Below are positions 33,201-40,171 of a stretch of DNA of 64,000 bases, in pieces. The notes beneath the pieces are model-generated. The model saw only the letters and a list, made by a program, of their open reading frames with translations. It did not search any database and was not told the origin of the DNA. Numbering within the stretch: position 1 is the stretch's first letter; each line of letters opens with the position of its first letter. The stretch comes from a virus. The DNA is taken from the IMG/VR virus record IMGVR_UViG_3300018080_000139, positions 1-64,000 of that record; one strand, given 5' to 3'. The translations under genes were made by a program, and so were the position numbers.

Positions 33201-34957
33201 AGGAGCCGAAGTCCGTACCTCTCGCCGATGTCTTGAAGGCCTCGTACCTCAAGATAGTTGCCGGCCAACCGTACTCGGCCGCGGTCTACCTGTCCGAACT
33301 GTTCCGGGAGGCCCGCAAGCTTAACGCTACCTTGTCCGTGGAAGAGTTCAAAAAAACAATCGAGGACCTGGAAAAGCAGGTCGTAATCGACGCCGTTCCG
33401 GTGAACGATCGGACGATGGTGAAAAGTGGCGAGTACGCGATCACGCAGGCCGACGGAGGCATCATAGACTTTATCATGTGGCGGGAGACAGCGCAAAAGC
33501 GGGCGCAAAAGTCTTCGGTTCCCCCGCAGACATCGAAAGAGCCGGAGCTTTCCAGGGAAGAACAGGTTGCCTTGCTCGTGCTGACGCTGAAGGCCTTAAA
33601 TCCCATCCAAAAGAAGGAGAAGGCCTACCTGTACGGGCTTCCTCACGGCAAGTTCGAAGACACCCTTCTCTCTCTCAGGGAAAAGGGGTATGTCGCCCAG
33701 GGGACGAGCGCGAATACGGCCGGAAAAGACCGCGCCACAGCGATCGCGAAGGAACTCAAGGCGAAGGACGCTATAGGCGCCCTCGAAAAGATCTCGGAGG
33801 CGCGACCGGACCTCTCTCCGACGGCCGCGGCCGTTTCTGCAATCGGCGCGCCTTCGCCAAAACTGGCGTCCGTGGGCAGCCTCTCGTGGGAGGAGAAAGT
33901 TGCGCTCCTGCTTATCTACTCGACGAAGGGGAGCGCGCGGCCCGGCGCTGGGGAGCGCATGGCCGGACTCAAACGAGATGCCTTCTTTGCCGCTGAGAAG
34001 ACTCTCATCGACAAAGGCTTTGCCCAGGCGGCTCCCGGGGAAAAATCGGCCCTCATGACCGAAGAAGGCGTCAAGGCCGTAGAGCGTATGATCGCCGATT
34101 CCGGGCTGCAATACGCCGAACAGCTCATCAAGCAGATGTCCCGAAAGGATGAGGGCCTGGAGTTCTCCCGGCGGAGCTATTCGGATCCGGAAGCCTTTCC
34201 CACATTGCACCGGCTTTACATCGAGGAAGCCGAAAAGCAACCCATGATGGCGGGAAATCTTACTATCTCAGAACTTTACGATGGCATGGTTGCCAAGGGC
34301 TTTTCGAATGACGTCGAAAAGTTTAAATCGGCTTTGCTCGGATGGATGAAGGAGCGAAAACTCACACTCTGGGTGGTCGACTCTCCCCGCCTCGAGCCGA
34401 GATCGAAGACGGATGGCATACCCAGTGATCGGGGCCTTTTGTATTTTGTTCGGATGCCGCGCGAAGGCACCCCTGGCGCGCCGGCGCCGGCGCCATCGGC
34501 ACCCACAAGTCAACCGACGGACCCCGACGCAAGCAAGCCTTCAGTTTCCGCAGCAAAGAAGAAGTACACTTTGGATTTCGATAAGGCCGGCGATAAACGG
34601 AAGAGTTTTCCATATGTTGCACGTCTGTTCCTCGACGACCGCGGGGCGGTGAAGCGGGACTTCAAGGACCTCAATCGAGAGTATTTGGGAAAATATGATG
34701 TCCGCGTGTACGGTAGGTACACCGTGGAAGAGGGGGAGGTGCTGGAAATCCAAGAAGGGGAGGGATCGTGGAGAGATAAGGACCGGCATATTTACATCGT
34801 ATTGGCCGGCGAAGAGCGTTACGTGGGGAAGGCGACAGACGTTAAAGTACATCGTCAGATCACAGAATATTTGGGCGGCAAGATAGAAGTGGAAGATATT
34901 GCGTTTAAGAGGCCTCTTATACAACCACCACAGGAGGACCCCAGATTGGAAGATTAG
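27218..34957 (+). CDS. giant protein B (2579 aa): about 11 wHTH-like repeats, a HEAT repeat, a Nudix domain and two further wHTH modules
   Basis: same repeat (LSWEEKVALL, LAWTEKVALL, LSREEQVALL); LEKALEDQDERVRGIAKKTLEKLG (HEAT); YALPGGFVE...EQETGL...GRDPR (Nudix). Confidence 0.85.
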   Translation: MADLKKALEFALQFKSVEAAADHAAKIREGGDEKKLKGAKYQAIVKSIEKGGTKAEAVFAMRKLGPKDFAVLAVDFHGMPLTTLRGVVSNPEQYAVRAKMEKLKLYEPGRTGVVSDFGAQVLNLAYPNRTYKNEKARMKAIMDDVYKEADAKASTPTEPQPDPKKALPVVPVKAKYKIALERLTPEEKIVLVSMSAYPIGTKPKGFPGESVRTKDQAALAQRYTKLTPIEFVRIQRELFRGKKREGQPVIPPVTLGGQRIFQQDFATKDYILSDPGKSVADSIRNALNQRTHIKTLQALKKERDAVQAAGGPELFAKGVKAQTIKPPMGRPAAAPPRVTIADLQKLMDDFREVFDKEILAVNRYEVWETPRTKKAYETLRDDVIPRLVAYWNSMPKGELAKEYDKHIEALQDKSMERMVITATQTRAQFLLPLQHLAAINRLGEIDREEWKNDKAARLDFNSLVLDEKAMVVALAVHIYDPKEIEIYTGFNGREQEDALKSLKDKNIVVLPRMKGNDFTRPEEFRAQIDELVREDYQHGVAKGALMRFAKKTHFPALYKPHQAAYIVLLWKAQKSYGDVTNEEFYKVAKENGYGRMGVMYAEDARRWAKKEGLIETGRYDVGKLTPYGEAFFDYLYSIVYRGKTVPEMLKALQPKVEVDKIKVDLGAGPLTLATSQTKAMTADDTGLSWEEEMVALSYLANVKKWGGHPDYRRFMTTVVLRLMSSDEFDRGREGLQKKGLVGKRDQVTAKTRALGELIKKRLGMPEGTVQGARDALAKKRPGGPLNIQNQATDSAESPVASAIGSLMQSPQAQGEDMIPGSLRVPLSARNKLRGAYTMNDAELSRLVDDFIAGKQYLALVHLSSILPQNPNISPRTHDGLRMMLKDQGYDAFAGFEEAMDYGLADEVLQIIGTATHPGKVVPFAKLLPRIRKIVTDDGKWENRYAAIRILNVGRDTSDEAMAQLEKALEDQDERVRGIAKKTLEKLGKSSGVLTAVDKRTATEPGPEEKEPPRRPDLKDLSWGELVALGVWSYHPNVDRGMIGDRLAKYKVEAPATILANLEKRPGMITTEVPGEEDLEGFETVVPLPSDEGIVLWALTDLGRSVGEDVRRLVGNPAEALKFRQKMQEFIPDRESATSKPKPAIFAGREEKREASGLWHEGENRAADALVLLPLKGIPYILLIQRRDGTYALPGGFVEGNKPGAAAAADASREEVEQETGLSLPPKAREIGYYSDKGRDPRSTGDRWVSTRVFAYHMPDASNLPPVTHEGDPDGGARHALWVTIPETRRLNFYADHAKILKKYLEDELRNMAAEGLLLHDVVDEVLSGVKSRGKIPEMKLDLSRLAWTEKVALLAQNAWWTSIDEVAGGMSHAVDATGIGEDEYEDALGALMQVQMGGEYIMKPVGRVTSTGVKVVDALLAELQAKSVPEALRKLKASRPSTPDAKADEADLFAGEGRDIGQKLRISIRRPDQELTNEELTARIKHDVGPSKRQESWSFFVQRRSLKPGIDAKEYWAIWDKVRPNPHEREIEVTFEPTHKETLTGAEVMVIRDKESRGGYLAIFASGATSQITRHTPKQNFVSLKDGTPFNWGFPPEEKKAPASKVVLTPEGKSLSGEVQDFLQKIDEKQKVALLVAAIPEIWSKANARDYKEAVYLEATGGDDEDYWRQISRLEELGGTDSHGVVTEFGAEVVKGITGGRSPIEFLHYNKGVTWRVSHYFYGETLPPRLGPAILAILLSRSSPRDEFQKMKWSIEWVEYGNKYLREQNLLDSSNKLTKEGMFTAYEIFASAGTSKLSEILARLDRQLRLDSKPGHDYAVEVAAPPGSFEMGMGKMKLRKGFSSPVSVMRKKEGELPLPKELEGFKLSGKLASVPKLVAQMFRIKRPLKKRKEIYEKLHVILREELEDRLNDAGVHSAYYAGGKMSDYRGGVYSGLLRVLTRKDALGKPETEKDILMNARSVLWSAEKAQAMVDDLIAKYGKKQKEGLESILPHEEPKSVPLADVLKASYLKIVAGQPYSAAVYLSELFREARKLNATLSVEEFKKTIEDLEKQVVIDAVPVNDRTMVKSGEYAITQADGGIIDFIMWRETAQKRAQKSSVPPQTSKEPELSREEQVALLVLTLKALNPIQKKEKAYLYGLPHGKFEDTLLSLREKGYVAQGTSANTAGKDRATAIAKELKAKDAIGALEKISEARPDLSPTAAAVSAIGAPSPKLASVGSLSWEEKVALLLIYSTKGSARPGAGERMAGLKRDAFFAAEKTLIDKGFAQAAPGEKSALMTEEGVKAVERMIADSGLQYAEQLIKQMSRKDEGLEFSRRSYSDPEAFPTLHRLYIEEAEKQPMMAGNLTISELYDGMVAKGFSNDVEKFKSALLGWMKERKLTLWVVDSPRLEPRSKTDGIPSDRGLLYFVRMPREGTPGAPAPAPSAPTSQPTDPDASKPSVSAAKKKYTLDFDKAGDKRKSFPYVARLFLDDRGAVKRDFKDLNREYLGKYDVRVYGRYTVEEGEVLEIQEGEGSWRDKDRHIYIVLAGEERYVGKATDVKVHRQITEYLGGKIEVEDIAFKRPLIQPPQEDPRLED

Positions 34958-35217
34958 AAGCGGACATCCGTGACTATTACACCAAAACTTATTGGGGACA
35001 CAACGGCCAGCTGCGATTGAGTGAGTTGTGGCCTCATCTGGAAAGTTTGGGATACACACGAGAGTGGGCTAAACCGAAGGTGCTGGAGCTGAAGAACTCG
35101 GGGAAGCTTAGACTACGGGCTGCTATCAATATGTCAGGGCTGCAAGAAGCGGACATCATTCGGGAGCGTAACGAGATCTATTTTGCTCTGCAAATCCCGG
35201 ATCTTATGGATTTCTAA
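34954..35217 (+). pseudogene. detached C-terminal wHTH module of giant protein B (-1 frame)
   Basis: LEADIRDYYTKTYWGHNG...IYFALQIPDL is homologous to the C-terminus of 35234..36031; the frame is broken by an 8-bp duplication at 34943-34958. Confidence 0.6.
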
Positions 35218-35233
35218 GCAGAGGGAAGTTAGC

Positions 35234-36031
35234 ATGGAAGATTTGAAGAAGTTTTTCGAGGCCGAACTGAGTTTAGACTTGCCTGGCTTTGCTCGACGCC
35301 GAAAAGAGTTTTGGGCCCGGATACGCAATGCTTGGGAGTCCTTCCCCTCCTTGGGCAGGGAAACCATCAAAAAGATCGAGGATGAAACTAGAAAATTTGC
35401 GGACAAGGAAAAACATCCCGCGGCTAAAATAGCGGCGAAGATAGCTGGAATACGGGCTATACAAGGGCTGTGGGACATCGACGGCGGAGACGCTTGGCGG
35501 AAGCATCGAATCGAAAAATACAACCCCGTCGGGAGAGCGGAGATTTTGATTAGAAAAGAAGCGGGGAGCATACTGAGGGACGTTTTCGAGCTTGTCTACA
35601 ACACACCACATCCAACTGGGAGCCGGGAGGCTATAGCATATAAAATCCCGCGTGACGCTCAGAAGGTAAAGCCTCTTTATCCAAAGTTCAGGACGGATTT
35701 CGTGGAACCAAAACCGCCAGGGCGCTCTCCCTCCTCGCCAACCCCTCGACCGAATAAACCTGCCTTGGATTTTGTTGGGGACATCCGGGACTTTTACTCA
35801 CGGACTTACCGGGATCACCGAGGGCTAATGCTGCTATCCCAGGCTTTGGATTACGCCGAGAGGCGTTTAAAGCTTAATCGCGGCGACGCTAAAAAGTTGC
35901 TTCTGCAGTACACCAACCAAGGCAAGTTTCGCCTGGTAAAGGCGTTTGAGATTACCGGACTACAAGAAAAAGATGTGATCCGCGAGGGAGGCAAGATTTA
36001 CTTCGCGCTCCAGATTCCGGACTTGCGGTAG
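35234..36031 (+). CDS. hypothetical protein with MEDLKKFFE leader and C-terminal wHTH-like module
   Basis: GAGG RBS; internal paralogy with 34954..35217. Confidence 0.75.
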   Translation: MEDLKKFFEAELSLDLPGFARRRKEFWARIRNAWESFPSLGRETIKKIEDETRKFADKEKHPAAKIAAKIAGIRAIQGLWDIDGGDAWRKHRIEKYNPVGRAEILIRKEAGSILRDVFELVYNTPHPTGSREAIAYKIPRDAQKVKPLYPKFRTDFVEPKPPGRSPSSPTPRPNKPALDFVGDIRDFYSRTYRDHRGLMLLSQALDYAERRLKLNRGDAKKLLLQYTNQGKFRLVKAFEITGLQEKDVIREGGKIYFALQIPDLR

Positions 36032-36039
36032 GAGGACTT

Positions 36040-36423
36040 ATGGAACCTGACATAAAGACGCTGAAAAAACTGGTGGAGGACTTCGACACCCTGTTTTCGT
36101 TTTTCACGCCACTTGCTCCGCAAAAGGCCGGGTCCTACATGCTTCAACTCAAGACGGCCGTCGGAGAGCCGGAGATGAAGCGGGCCTTGGACTATTACGC
36201 GCAGAAGTTCTCCTCCCCTTCTTCAGAAGAAATTCGTGACGCAGCCGAGAACGTCCGGACGTCGCTTGCTGTTCTCAACAAGCGCCTGGACCGGGCTTTC
36301 GACATCGTTTCTTCCAGGGCCTACGAGCGGGAGTACGAGGCCCGATATGGGGAGCCGCCGGCGGACGCTCGCTTCTCGAAAAAAATAAGAGAGGCTATTG
36401 ACAGACTGACTTGTAGGGGATAG
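36040..36423 (+). CDS. hypothetical protein
   Basis: AGGAGG RBS. Confidence 0.7.
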   Translation: MEPDIKTLKKLVEDFDTLFSFFTPLAPQKAGSYMLQLKTAVGEPEMKRALDYYAQKFSSPSSEEIRDAAENVRTSLAVLNKRLDRAFDIVSSRAYEREYEARYGEPPADARFSKKIREAIDRLTCRG

Positions 36424-36427
36424 ACTT

Positions 36428-36937
36428 ATGATGGAAGACTTTAAACCGATCTTTTTCGAAAGCGCGCGCCGAAGTCTGACGGAAGACTACAAAGCCGAGA
36501 ATACCAAGAATTTCGGGCGTGTGATGAACCTCGGCGCGAGCTTGGCGGCCGATTTTCGGGGGATCGCAAACTTACCAGAGGTGGCCGCCGAAGACAAAGG
36601 AGACTATCTGCAGGCCGCGGAAAAGCTGAAGCGTGTGGCGGCCGCGGAAAGCGAGTTTATCTTGGCATTGGAGAGGCTGATGGAGGTTCACGGGATTCTT
36701 GTGGAAGAAGAAGACGACTTGTTTCGCTTTTCGAACCCGATAAAGAAGGCTTTCGGTTATGGTGGAAAAGACGAGCGCCCGGTTTTTTTCCCCAAACGTA
36801 AGAAAATTCTCGAGCGCATACGTAAAGGCCGCGACAGGATGATGGCGGCTTTTGTGCAGGGTGTGAGGTCGTGGGCAAAAGAAAAATACGACAGGTATGA
36901 GGACCTCCGCCCGGCCCCCCCTGGAGGATGGAGATGA
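36428..36937 (+). CDS. hypothetical protein with MEDFKPIFFES leader
   Basis: in operon; leader resembles that of giant A. Confidence 0.7.
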   Translation: MMEDFKPIFFESARRSLTEDYKAENTKNFGRVMNLGASLAADFRGIANLPEVAAEDKGDYLQAAEKLKRVAAAESEFILALERLMEVHGILVEEEDDLFRFSNPIKKAFGYGGKDERPVFFPKRKKILERIRKGRDRMMAAFVQGVRSWAKEKYDRYEDLRPAPPGGWR

Positions 36938-36962
36938 CACGGGAAGCTTTTCCGCGGCGGTG

Positions 36963-37829
36963 ATGGAGCCAGCCCCTCTCGTTTTCAGTGGTGGTGGCTC
37001 GAAAGTGCCAATCCATGTCGGAGCGCTGCAGGCGGTCGAAGACGTTGGAGTTGAAGTCTCCTCCTACTTGGGGACATCGGCCGGCGCGATCGTGGCCGCC
37101 CTGGCGGCCGACGGGATGAAAGCGCGGGAAATGTGGTCTCTTGTTCGTACTCTCGACTTTTCGAAGTTTGTGAAGAGGACCTGGCCGGAAGTGGTCGCTA
37201 ATTTTTTCTTCGGCCGCGGTCTCGTGTCCGGAGCGTATCGCCATGATTTTTTTCGGGAGTTGTTCGGCATCAAGACTATGGCGGACTTGCGAAATCTTAA
37301 GGTTTTCGGGCATTCGCTGGCGCGGCGGCGATGGGTGGAAATCTCGGCGACCTCGTACCCGGGGATGCCGGTTGCCTTGGCTTTGCAGATTTCCACGGCA
37401 ATTCCGATCCTGTTCAGCCCCGTTGGCATTGGCAAGGTCTCTCGGAAGACAAAGCGGGAATTCGACCGGGATTGGCTGGTTGATGGAGGGGTCTCCAAGA
37501 ATTTTCCGGTCGATCGCGCTGGCCGTCGCTTTGTCGGTCATCTGATAGACTCACCGGAAGGCCCGGATTGGCAGGACATCTCTGTGCGCTCACTATTTCG
37601 CGAGACGTTTTCTCAGCTTGTGGGCGCCAACGCCGAGGAGTCTATCCGTAACGCCAGCCCGAATGGGCTCGTTGTCCGCTCGACTTATCGAAAATCCGTA
37701 ACCGATTTTTCGGTGAGCGCGCAGGAAAAAGAAAATATGTTTGATCTCGGTTACGCCGGGATGTCTGAAAGCTTGAAAATATGGCTCAAGGAGGAGTGTT
37801 ATGATAAAAGGCCCGCAGAAGCCCGGTGA
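36963..37829 (+). CDS. patatin-like phospholipase
   Basis: FSGGGSK oxyanion loop, GTSAG nucleophile, DGG catalytic Asp; start position uncertain. Confidence 0.9.
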   Translation: MEPAPLVFSGGGSKVPIHVGALQAVEDVGVEVSSYLGTSAGAIVAALAADGMKAREMWSLVRTLDFSKFVKRTWPEVVANFFFGRGLVSGAYRHDFFRELFGIKTMADLRNLKVFGHSLARRRWVEISATSYPGMPVALALQISTAIPILFSPVGIGKVSRKTKREFDRDWLVDGGVSKNFPVDRAGRRFVGHLIDSPEGPDWQDISVRSLFRETFSQLVGANAEESIRNASPNGLVVRSTYRKSVTDFSVSAQEKENMFDLGYAGMSESLKIWLKEECYDKRPAEAR

Positions 37830-38178
37830 CGCCCCGGTCAAAGCGCCGGCGGAAGACAGCGACGTCAAGCGAGACGGGAACCGCTTCATCGACGCGATTT
37901 TGGCCGCCATGCAAAAGCAGGTGGATGAAGACCTCGCTTCGATACGCGAGGAGATGAACGAGATGCGGAAGCAATTCGAGGATTTGAAGTCAGAGAACGC
38001 GACGAAGCGGACGGAGCTGCTCAAGCAAGTGGACGAGAAGAACGCGGCTGCGCGAAAAGACGTCGACGACTCGATGGCACAGTATCAAACCTCGATAGAC
38101 AACAGCGTTCAGGCCGTCGCGAATCTCGAGCGACGGCTGACAGGGCTGAAAGTGAGTCTCGAAGTCCCCTCGGCGTAA
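37801..38178 (+). CDS. coiled-coil protein
   Basis: AAGGAGGAG RBS; heptad-rich helix. Confidence 0.7.
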   Translation: MIKGPQKPGDAPVKAPAEDSDVKRDGNRFIDAILAAMQKQVDEDLASIREEMNEMRKQFEDLKSENATKRTELLKQVDEKNAAARKDVDDSMAQYQTSIDNSVQAVANLERRLTGLKVSLEVPSA

Positions 38179-38199
38179 AAGCAGTGAAGGAGGTTTGCC

Positions 38200-38643
38200 A
38201 TGGAGAACGGCGGAAACAAAGAGCCGGACAGCCAAATAAAAAGCCTGGAAGACTTGAAATCTGGAGTGGATGACGACCTTCCTAAGGGGGATCCAGACAC
38301 TTACGTTCGTGAGTATCAAACGAAGACGCGAGAGGGACGCTGGACAACGCTTATCGAGACCGCGCGAGAGGGTGTGAAGATCACGAAGCGGATAAGCCGA
38401 ACGCTCGACGAAATAAGCTCACGGCTTGAGTTCATGTCGGACCTGGGGGTTCTTCTGTGCGCCGTAATGCTGGGGGCAAAGATCGTCACTCTCGGGATGG
38501 AGACAGTCACCGGCTGGACCGACGTCCTGTTCGCGCTGACTTGTACAATTATGTGGATGAACAACGGCGCGCGCCTTCCAAAATCCAAGACGGCCGTGGT
38601 CGCGAAGAAGATCAAGGACACCTTCACGAACTTGCAGGATTAG
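38200..38643 (+). CDS. two-TM membrane protein (holin-like or effector-like)
   Basis: AGGAGG RBS; LGVLLCAVMLGAKIV and VLFALTCTIMW hydrophobic segments; basic C-terminal tail. Confidence 0.65.
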   Translation: MENGGNKEPDSQIKSLEDLKSGVDDDLPKGDPDTYVREYQTKTREGRWTTLIETAREGVKITKRISRTLDEISSRLEFMSDLGVLLCAVMLGAKIVTLGMETVTGWTDVLFALTCTIMWMNNGARLPKSKTAVVAKKIKDTFTNLQD

Positions 38644-38650
38644 GATTGAG

Positions 38651-40171
38651 GTGGAAATGCCCGAATTATTATATCTCGACAAGTACGGGGAGAAGAAGAC
38701 TCTCGAAGTCAAGGAGCGTGCGACAATCGGCACTTTCGACGACTGCGATGTGTGCTTGTCTTCCTCAGCGCTCGACGAAAGGCATGTTCTGATTTTCAGC
38801 GCGGAGTGTGGCTGGGAGGACGAATTTTCCGAGGCGGACGCCGGCAAGTACTTCGTGAAAAACGTGGGGTCCCGCCCTGTTTTCGTCCACCATGTAATCC
38901 GGAGAGCTAGCGAAGTGCTGGAGCCTGGAGCGAGATCAGGCCTGTCCGCAAAAGTTTCCATTTCGGTTGGGACTGCACGCGAGGGAGACCAGGTTACGGT
39001 CGTGTGGATGAATGCCGAAGCGGAATACGCCGACGAAGATTACCGGATTGTCCGGCTGAAAGCCAGCAGTGGAAAAGACGAGCTTCTCGATCTCGAGGTG
39101 CGAAGGCATCTCGAAAATTACTATCTGCGCTTGCGAGGGGTGGCCGCGAAGCCTGGGGATGTCGCGCGGGCGACGGCTCTTTTTCTGCGAGAGTCTTTCG
39201 ACGTGTCCATGGCCGCCATCTATCGCCGGACCGGGCCGAAATGGAAGTCCGCGGCCGTGTCCCGGAGGCTGAAGAGCGATGAGTACGTACCGTCGACGAC
39301 GATTTTCCGTCGGGCCATCGAGGAAAAGACGCCACTCCTCGTTCGTTTCGAAGACGGCGTGGTAAAAATCGACGAAGAGGCCTCGACACCTTCGCTTTCC
39401 GTTGTGGCGTCGCCGGCAAAGCGCGCCGTACTAATCCCTCTCTTTCAGGGGGATAGCGTTTTCGGAATGCTGTACTTGGACACGCGCGACGAGACCATCT
39501 TGACACAAAAGGACTATGACGTTCTGGTCCGGATGGTTCACCGCGGGGGGGTGGGAGCCGTTCTCGCCGGCTATCTCGCCGAGGACGCGGAGGCGAAGCA
39601 GTTTTTGCTTTTTCGGGATTCTCCACCGCGTGGTGAATACTGGCGTTACGTTTTCGCGGCGGAGAGGGCGCCTTACCCCCTTACGGGAGTTAAGGTTGAC
39701 AAGGACCGCGGGATTATGCGCTTTCTTTTCGGACACGTTTCCGATAAGCTCTCTACGGTCTGCCGGGTCAAGAGCTTTTGCGCGGGGGCGATGGCCGCCG
39801 GCGTCGAGGATTTGCTCACCATCGCCACCAGGTACTCGGTTTCGATCGACGACTCCGTCGATCTGCTTAAAGCTGGGCTGTCGCACATAACAGTGGCTTT
39901 CCCGGATGAGGGGGATATACTCGACGACACGGACGCCGAGACGCGGACCGTTCGCGTCGGCCTTTTCGGGGACGTGTATGCCTACATGCGGAAAGACGGT
40001 AAGGTGTATGAGTTTCGAGACGACGAGGAAGGCTACAGGGATTTCGAATTCGCCGTCGGGGACTACTTGGTGATTTCTCTTCGCCGCATTCCCGATAGAT
40101 TTCTCACCGATCGAGTCCGAGAGCTGAAAAAGCACAGTCGCGACTTCTTTTTGCTCGCAAGGGAGAGATGA
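38651..40171 (+). CDS. FHA-like + GAF + degenerate SpoIIE/PP2C-like domain protein
   Basis: TIGTFDDCDVCL...ERHVLI (FHA-like); PSTTIFRRAIEEK...LIPLFQGDSVFGMLYLD (GAF); FLFGHVSDK and VGDYLVIS (PP2C-like, catalytic Asp residues missing). Confidence 0.65.
   Translation: MEMPELLYLDKYGEKKTLEVKERATIGTFDDCDVCLSSSALDERHVLIFSAECGWEDEFSEADAGKYFVKNVGSRPVFVHHVIRRASEVLEPGARSGLSAKVSISVGTAREGDQVTVVWMNAEAEYADEDYRIVRLKASSGKDELLDLEVRRHLENYYLRLRGVAAKPGDVARATALFLRESFDVSMAAIYRRTGPKWKSAAVSRRLKSDEYVPSTTIFRRAIEEKTPLLVRFEDGVVKIDEEASTPSLSVVASPAKRAVLIPLFQGDSVFGMLYLDTRDETILTQKDYDVLVRMVHRGGVGAVLAGYLAEDAEAKQFLLFRDSPPRGEYWRYVFAAERAPYPLTGVKVDKDRGIMRFLFGHVSDKLSTVCRVKSFCAGAMAAGVEDLLTIATRYSVSIDDSVDLLKAGLSHITVAFPDEGDILDDTDAETRTVRVGLFGDVYAYMRKDGKVYEFRDDEEGYRDFEFAVGDYLVISLRRIPDRFLTDRVRELKKHSRDFFLLARER

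Noticed and set aside
19962-34957. Giant ORFs as virion RNA polymerase, tape measure or tail fibre
   Set aside because: No DxDGD or N4-type polymerase motifs seen, no beta-helix/fibre composition, and a separate tape measure gene exists at 54036
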